Source: a bacterium (GTDB lineage Bacteria; Actinomycetota; Acidimicrobiia; Spongiisociales; ZC4RG35). Taken from it: a DNA stretch of 64,000 bases. A program made the position numbers and the translations under genes. This document shows positions 58,499 to 64,000 of the stretch, piece by piece. The notes under the pieces were generated by a model, which did no database searches, was not told where the DNA came from, and saw nothing but the letters and a program-made list of their open reading frames with translations. Position 1 is the first letter of the stretch. Each line of letters starts with the position of its first letter. Location of the stretch: positions 98 to 64,097 of the forward strand of contig JAPPFC010000030.1 in assembly GCA_028824015.1 (NCBI GenBank), given 5' to 3'.

Positions 58499-61400
58499 TT
58501 GCTTCGGCGGGTCCTCACGGTCGCGGCCAGGCGGGTCTCTGCGGGCGGCTGGCAGTGATATTCGTGACGGTGTTGCTCCTGATCACCGCGTTGGGACCGC
58601 TGGCGGCGGCTCAGGATGGAACGGGATCGGGTTCGGGTGTGTTTGGGGATGTGGGTCCGGGGCCGCATTGGGCTGCGGTTGAGGCGTTGGCGTCGTTGGG
58701 GGTGTTCGAGGGTACCGAGTGTGGTGAGGGGTTCTGTCCTGACGACCCGGTGCAGCGTTGGGTGATGGCGGTGTGGTTGGTGCGGGTGCTGGACCTGGCT
58801 TTGCCGGCGGTCGATGAGCCGCGGTTCGTCGATGTTGAGGCGTCGCAGTGGTGGTGGCGTTATGTGGAGGCGTTGGCGGAGGCTGGGGTGACGCGGGGTT
58901 GTGCCGAGGAGCCGGCGCGGTTCTGTCCGGACGGTTCGGTGTCTCGGTCGGAGATGGCGTCGTTTCTGGTGCGGGCGTTCGGGCTGGAGCCGGCGTTGGA
59001 GAGCGCGGGGTTTGTGGATGTGCCGGTGGGTGGTGCGAGTTGGCTTGATATCGAGGCTTTGGCTGCGAGTGGGGTGACTTCTGGTTGCGATGCGGAGGGG
59101 CCTCGGTTCTGTCCCGATCAGCCCACCACCCGCGCTCAGATGGCAACGTTCCTGTATCGGGCCATGACTCTTGGTGCGGGTTTTGGTGTGTTTGGGGATG
59201 TGGGTCCGGGGCCGCATTGGGCTGCGGTTGAGGCTTTGGCGTCGTTGGGGGTGTTCGAGGGTACCGAGTGTGGTGAGGGCTTCTGTCCTGACAAGCCGGT
59301 GCAGCGTTGGGTGATGGCGGTGTGGTTGGTGCGGGTGCTGGACCTGGCTTTGCCGGCGGTCGATGAGCCGCGGTTCGTCGATGTTGAGGCGTCGCAGTGG
59401 TGGTGGCGTTATGTGGAGGCGTTGGCGGAGGCTGGGGTGACGCGGGGTTGTGCCGAGGAGCCGGCGCGGTTCTGTCCGGACGGTTCGGTGTCTCGGTCGG
59501 AGATGGCGTCGTTTCTGGTGCGGGCGTTCGGGCTGGAGCCGGCGTTGGAGAGCGCGGGGTTTGTGGATGTGCCGGTGGGTGGTGCGAGTTGGCTTGATAT
59601 CGAGGCTTTGGCTGCGAGTGGGGTGACTTCTGGTTGCGATGCGGAGGGGCCTCGGTTCTGTCCCGATCAGCCCACCACCCGCGCTCAGATGGCGACATTC
59701 ATCAAAAGGGCCCACCCTGCCCTGGTGGCGTGTCCCAACGACATGCGGGAATCCGACCCCGAGGACGACACCAGCGGAGGTGGAGGCGGCGCCGGTGTCG
59801 GTGTCGGTGGAGGCGGCGGTGGTAGCGGTGGAGGCGGCGGTGGTAGCGGTGGAGGTGGAGGTGGCGGTGGACGTAGAACCCCAACCCCCGTTCCGACTCC
59901 GCAAGTTCCCGGAACGCCCCAGAACGTGTCGGCGGTGGGAGGGGACGAGTCGGTTGCCGTGGAGTGGTCGCCGCCGACCGATGACGGGGGGTCCCCGGTG
60001 ACCGGCTACCTGATCCGCTGGAAGCGGGCAACGCGAGCGACGTACAGCGATTCGAGACTGGCTGGTGCTGCGGCCCGCAGCATCGAGATCACCGGTCTGC
60101 TGCCCGCCACGCAGTATGACGTGTCCGTGGCTGCTGTCAGCGATGTCGGGGAGGGTGGCGCCGCAATCGTGCGGGCCACTACCCTGGATCCGCCTCCCGG
60201 CGCTCCCGGCGCCCCTCAGAACGTGTCGGCGGTGGGAGGGGACGAGTCGGTTGCCGTGGAGTGGTCGCCGCCGACCGATGACGGGGGGTCCCCGGTGACC
60301 GGCTACCTGATCCGCTGGAAGCGGGCAACGCGAGCGACGTACAGCGATTCGAGACTGGCTGGCGCTGCGGCCCGGAGCATCGAGATCACCGGTCTGCTGC
60401 CCGGTACGCAGTATGACGTTTCCGTGGCTGCAGTCAACGCATTGGGCACCGGCAGGTTCGAGGTCGGGCAGGCCACTACATTGGGCACCCCGCCCGATCC
60501 TCCCGGCCCGCCCCTCTCTGTGAACTTGGTTCGCGGTGTCGAGAGTCTCACCGTCACATGGTCGCCGCCCGCCGACGACGGTGGTACCCCGATCACGGGC
60601 TATGCCATGAGGTGGAGGAAGGAGAGTCAGCCGACGTCCTGGCTGCAGCGGTCGGTCGGATCCAACGAGCGCAGCACCGTTCTCGCCGACTTGGAGCGGG
60701 GGGAAGAATATCGAGTCGAGGTCTGGGCTGTCAACGATGCGGGAAATGGAACCAAGGTCGTCGAAATGGCCGAGCCGCTTGAGCTACCGGGCACGCCTCT
60801 GAGTGTGGCAGTGGTCGGCGGCATGGGAAGCCTGACCGTCTCGTGGTCACCGCCAACCGAAGACGGCGGATCGCCGATCACCGGATACCAGGTCCGTTGG
60901 AAACGGACCAACGAGTCGAGCTTCACCGACTCGACGAATCTGGGATCGGCAGTCCGTAGCTACCAAATCGTGAATCTGGACCCGGGCGTCGACTACCAGG
61001 TTGCGGTGGCAGCCGGAAACGTCGTCGGTCTCGGACCGGATTCCCAGGAGCAGTCCAAGGTGCCCGACGTGCCGCAAGCTCCGCTACTGCAGGAACCGGT
61101 GGTGGGTGAGGACAGTTTCATGCTGGAGTGGGCGCAACAAGAGGATGACACGGTGCCAATAACCGGGTACGAACTGCGGTGGAAACTGGCAGGGGCCACC
61201 AGTTACACCAACGAGCGACAGCTCTCGGCCGCCGACCGCAGTGTGGAGGTGCGCAACCTGACCGCCGGCACCGACTACGACGTGGCCCTCAACGCCACAT
61301 CCGCCAATGGCGATGGGCGGATCTCCGAAACGGAGGCGCAACTTATCGACGGACCGGCGCCGCCGGGTCCGCCCCGGGAACTGTCCGCGGTGCTCAGCCT

Positions 61401-63432
61401 CGACGGTTCCACAGTGTCCTGGTCGGCTCCCTACAGCGACGGCGGCTCGGCCATCACCAAGTACAAACTCAGTTGGTCCGGTCACACCAGCGGAGAAGCA
61501 GAGGTCACCGGTCTGAGCTACGAATCCGACGCGTTCAGTCTGAGCACCACCCACATGTTCCGCGTCTCCGCAGTCAATGCCGAGGGCGAAGGCACGCCAG
61601 CCCTGGCTGCCGCCACCATCGCCGGTCTCCCGCCGCCGCCCCAGGATCTGAGACTCGTGCCCGGCGACGGGAAGCTAACGGTCGCCTGGCTTTTGGTAAG
61701 GGGACCCTCGATCCCGCTGATCAGCGCCGGGCGGGTGACCGCTTACCGCGTGCAGTGGAAAAGTGGGGACCAGGACTACAGCGAGGACCGGCAGGCCGAG
61801 GTGCCGTCTCTTGACGACCTGCGTCACGACGATGTCGCGGTGCGCCATCAGCACGAGATCCCGTCGCTGACCAACGGAACGGTCTACACGGTACGGGTCA
61901 TGGCAGTGAGCGAGACGGGGGTTAGCCCGGGCGCCGAGGCGTCGGGCGCTCCTGCCGCGCCCAACCCCAACGCACCCACCGACCTGACTCTCTCTGTAGA
62001 TGTCGAAGAAGTGGATGTGCAATGGTCCGCACCCTCGGTGTCGAGTGGCGTCACCGTGGACGGTTACCGGGTCCAGTGGCGTCTCGACGGCGAGGAATAC
62101 GGTACGGAGGACTGGACCGAGGTGTCCGACACCTCGGCCACCGTCGAAGACCTGACTCCGGGTGAGTTGTACTTCATCAGGGTGACAGCGCTGCTCTCGG
62201 ACGACTCGGGCGGGTGGGCCGAGGCCCGTATCGCGCCCTTGGCCCTGCCCGGCGAGCCACAAGACCTCACCGCAGTCGGCAGCGGCGGTCTGGCGACCGT
62301 ATCGTGGTCCGCTCCTGATCCGGTCGACGGGGGTCCGGTGCTCGCCTACCGAGTGAGGTGGAGGGCCTACATCAAACAGGAGATGTACACAACACAGACC
62401 CAAATCGTTGCCGACCTACCCAACCGGGTGGCGACAAGAGTCGGAGTGGAGGCGGTCAACTCACTGGGAATAGGTCCATTGGTATGGAAGTCGGTAACGC
62501 CCCCGGCGCCGACCCGTTCCATCCGGGACCTGCAAGTCCGGTCAGGCGACGGCGTCCTGGACATCTCATGGCGGGCACCAACAGGTCAACCGAGCCGCGA
62601 CTACACGGTGCAGTGGCGGGCTTCCGACGAAACCTATGATGACTCCCGGTCGGCTCAAACCACGGACCGCCAGTACGAGATCACCAGCCTGAGGAGCGAT
62701 ATCCGGCATTTCGTGCGGGTCCGGGCGGAGAAGGGCGCCGACCTCGGGCAGTGGACCGAGATCTCGGCTCAGCCGGAGGGCTTCACGGATCGGCCGGACG
62801 CGCCGACCGGGATCGCCACCGCGGGCTCCGACGAGCGGCTGCTGGTCTCCTGGTCGGCCCCGTCCAACATCAACGGCTCCACGATCGGCGGGTACCTCGT
62901 GGAGTGGCGAACGGCCGGAGGAGAATACAACTCAGACGACCAGGCGGAAACGGATGCGTCGACGCTCAACCACCAGATCAGCGCGCTGACGAACGGCACT
63001 ATCTATGAGGTGCGGGTCCGGGCGCTGACCAGCGACGACCAACCCGGCGCGGCCATAACGGCGAGCGCAGTGCCGCTAGGTACTCCCGGAGCGCCCACCG
63101 AAACCGCTGTCGATGCCCGCCACGACATGCTGCTGGTGTCGTGGCTGCCGCCCACCAGCGACGGTGGAGCGCCCATCGACCACTACAGAATCTCCTGGAG
63201 GAGCGAGACGCAGAGCTTCCCCTCCAATGACTGCTCCGACCGGGTAACCTATGTCAGGTGGCCGAATGCCGTCATCACATTCGAAGGGTTCACACACCTC
63301 ACCGGTCGCTTCTTCGATTCCGTCAACCTTGTTCAGGGCCGCGAGTACTTCGTGCGGATCCAAGCCGAGACCTCCGAAGGGCGCGGTCCGGCAGCCGAGG
63401 TCTCAGCAAGAGTGCGCTTTGCTCCCCGCTAA
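58495..63432 (+). CDS. Giant secreted cell-surface protein: signal peptide, 2 x (3 SLH domains), Gly-rich linker, ~12 fibronectin type III domains
   Basis: GTG start overlapping the upstream stop (GTGA). Signal LLLITALGPLAAAQD. SLH-like units (FGDVGPGPHWAAVEALASLGVFEGTECGEGFCPD..., FVDVEASQWWWRYVEALAEAGVTRGCAEEPARFCPD..., FVDVPVGGASWLDIEALAASGVTSGCDAEGPRFCPD...). Linker GGGGGAGVGVGGGGGGSGGGGGGSGGGGGGGG. Repeated FN3 modules (GSPVTGYLIRWKR...YDVSVAAV). Confidence 0.8.
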   Translation: MIASAGPHGRGQAGLCGRLAVIFVTVLLLITALGPLAAAQDGTGSGSGVFGDVGPGPHWAAVEALASLGVFEGTECGEGFCPDDPVQRWVMAVWLVRVLDLALPAVDEPRFVDVEASQWWWRYVEALAEAGVTRGCAEEPARFCPDGSVSRSEMASFLVRAFGLEPALESAGFVDVPVGGASWLDIEALAASGVTSGCDAEGPRFCPDQPTTRAQMATFLYRAMTLGAGFGVFGDVGPGPHWAAVEALASLGVFEGTECGEGFCPDKPVQRWVMAVWLVRVLDLALPAVDEPRFVDVEASQWWWRYVEALAEAGVTRGCAEEPARFCPDGSVSRSEMASFLVRAFGLEPALESAGFVDVPVGGASWLDIEALAASGVTSGCDAEGPRFCPDQPTTRAQMATFIKRAHPALVACPNDMRESDPEDDTSGGGGGAGVGVGGGGGGSGGGGGGSGGGGGGGGRRTPTPVPTPQVPGTPQNVSAVGGDESVAVEWSPPTDDGGSPVTGYLIRWKRATRATYSDSRLAGAAARSIEITGLLPATQYDVSVAAVSDVGEGGAAIVRATTLDPPPGAPGAPQNVSAVGGDESVAVEWSPPTDDGGSPVTGYLIRWKRATRATYSDSRLAGAAARSIEITGLLPGTQYDVSVAAVNALGTGRFEVGQATTLGTPPDPPGPPLSVNLVRGVESLTVTWSPPADDGGTPITGYAMRWRKESQPTSWLQRSVGSNERSTVLADLERGEEYRVEVWAVNDAGNGTKVVEMAEPLELPGTPLSVAVVGGMGSLTVSWSPPTEDGGSPITGYQVRWKRTNESSFTDSTNLGSAVRSYQIVNLDPGVDYQVAVAAGNVVGLGPDSQEQSKVPDVPQAPLLQEPVVGEDSFMLEWAQQEDDTVPITGYELRWKLAGATSYTNERQLSAADRSVEVRNLTAGTDYDVALNATSANGDGRISETEAQLIDGPAPPGPPRELSAVLSLDGSTVSWSAPYSDGGSAITKYKLSWSGHTSGEAEVTGLSYESDAFSLSTTHMFRVSAVNAEGEGTPALAAATIAGLPPPPQDLRLVPGDGKLTVAWLLVRGPSIPLISAGRVTAYRVQWKSGDQDYSEDRQAEVPSLDDLRHDDVAVRHQHEIPSLTNGTVYTVRVMAVSETGVSPGAEASGAPAAPNPNAPTDLTLSVDVEEVDVQWSAPSVSSGVTVDGYRVQWRLDGEEYGTEDWTEVSDTSATVEDLTPGELYFIRVTALLSDDSGGWAEARIAPLALPGEPQDLTAVGSGGLATVSWSAPDPVDGGPVLAYRVRWRAYIKQEMYTTQTQIVADLPNRVATRVGVEAVNSLGIGPLVWKSVTPPAPTRSIRDLQVRSGDGVLDISWRAPTGQPSRDYTVQWRASDETYDDSRSAQTTDRQYEITSLRSDIRHFVRVRAEKGADLGQWTEISAQPEGFTDRPDAPTGIATAGSDERLLVSWSAPSNINGSTIGGYLVEWRTAGGEYNSDDQAETDASTLNHQISALTNGTIYEVRVRALTSDDQPGAAITASAVPLGTPGAPTETAVDARHDMLLVSWLPPTSDGGAPIDHYRISWRSETQSFPSNDCSDRVTYVRWPNAVITFEGFTHLTGRFFDSVNLVQGREYFVRIQAETSEGRGPAAEVSARVRFAPR
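58636..59733 (+). repeat. 549-bp near-identical tandem repeat (a triple-SLH block duplicated). A further 297-bp near-identical repeat lies at 59917-60510 (first two FN3 modules).
   Basis: Identical 66-aa antisense ORFs at 58848-59048 and 59397-59597. Only a few substitutions between copies (e.g. CPDDPV vs CPDKPV). Confidence 0.8.
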
Positions 63433-63459
63433 GCGGATGAACCCACCCCACTTCAATAT

Positions 63460-63879
63460 ATGAAGGCCGCTGCGGGGAAGCGATCCGGCCGGGTTCCTCA
63501 GGCTTTGCCTTCAGCCGCGGAGCAGAGTCGTGAGGCCTTGGCCTTCCCGCAGGGCAGTCCTCAAAGCCGCCGACAATTCCTGCGCATCGCGTCCAGGGCA
63601 GCCTTGTTAGTTCTGGCCGCCGGGGCGCGGGTCGTTCTCGACGCGTCGCCGGCGAACGCAAGAGAAGACCTGGACGTGGGATGCTGCGTACTCGCCCAGT
63701 ATCCGTCCCAATGGTGTCCTTTCATGTGCCAGGACTCCGGTCTTGTCCTGCGGTGCTGGACATGCAACTCAGGCCAATGCAAGTGCTGCGAGTGCACTGC
63801 CTTCGCGAGCGACGAGGAGGAGCCCAGTTGCTTCACCGGTTCTGCGTTCGCCTGCTCCTACAGGTCGGGTTGCTGCTGA
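63460..63879 (+). CDS. Tat-signal, cysteine-rich small secreted protein (14 Cys in the ~70-aa mature region)
   Basis: Twin-arginine motif SRRQFLRIAS, then an h-region and an ANA cleavage site. Mature part DVGCCVLAQYPSQWCPFMCQDSGLVLRCWTCNSGQCKCCECTAFASDEEEPSCFTGSAFACSYRSGCC. Unusually long (~38 aa) n-region. Confidence 0.6.
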   Translation: MKAAAGKRSGRVPQALPSAAEQSREALAFPQGSPQSRRQFLRIASRAALLVLAAGARVVLDASPANAREDLDVGCCVLAQYPSQWCPFMCQDSGLVLRCWTCNSGQCKCCECTAFASDEEEPSCFTGSAFACSYRSGCC

Positions 63880-64000
63880 GGATCGCGGTCCCCACCGCCG
63901 GTTTCAACCACCAGCAGCGACACTTACGAAAGTAGCATCGGATGGTCGCCCGACGGAAACGCATCCTATTTGTGAGTAGAACAGATGGTGACGCTGAACT

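Noticed and set aside
58150-59904. 584-aa and 371-aa minus-strand ORFs with internal repeats
   Set aside because: Antisense to the SLH region of the giant gene. Their internal repeats simply mirror the sense-strand 549-bp duplication.
63561-63836. 91-aa minus-strand ORF
   Set aside because: Antisense to the Tat Cys-rich gene, which has a far more coherent signal and domain structure.

Overview
High-GC (~68%) chromosomal window, probably from an Actinomycetota genome. The evidence is the proteasome activator Bpa, long-form HisG, men genes, a rhodanese/SufE pair and the tandem glycine riboswitch. Most of the window is ordinary housekeeping: pfkA, thiamine pyrophosphokinase, a beta-oxidation-like operon (ACAD, MaoC, SDR, FadD, CoA-transferase), menF/menD/menC, manC, gcvP behind a tandem glycine riboswitch, and a his operon (hisG-D-B-H-F-IE, with hisA divergent). 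There are also many transporters: DMT/EamA, MFS, AI-2E, CPA2-Usp, TauE and a NitT/TauT-type ABC system. Four lower-GC or unusual patches stand out. (1) 1-7700 is a mobile-element-bearing island. It holds a >970-aa unannotatable protein that is invisible to an ATG-only ORF view, a PIN-type two-gene pair, an IS110 transposase interrupted by an in-frame TAG, and an orphan frameshifted IstB. (2) A ~750-bp low-GC cassette at 42.9-43.6 kb encodes a 77-aa protein plus a retropepsin-like DTGA aspartic protease, wedged between convergent trmH and hisA. (3) The ABC locus at 50.1-54.7 kb has a near-perfect 915-bp in-frame tandem duplication inside its substrate-binding lipoprotein gene, and an ATPase fused to an N-terminal 4-TM domain. 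(4) The cluster at 56.2-63.9 kb is the most interesting candidate system. It pairs a MauE-like membrane protein and a MauD/TlpA-like CxxC thioredoxin with a 1645-aa secreted protein (6 SLH domains each carrying a Cys pair, ~12 FN3 domains). This is followed by a Tat-exported 14-cysteine small protein whose unusually long leader recalls the MauA light-chain maturation logic. No tRNA, rRNA or CRISPR array was seen.
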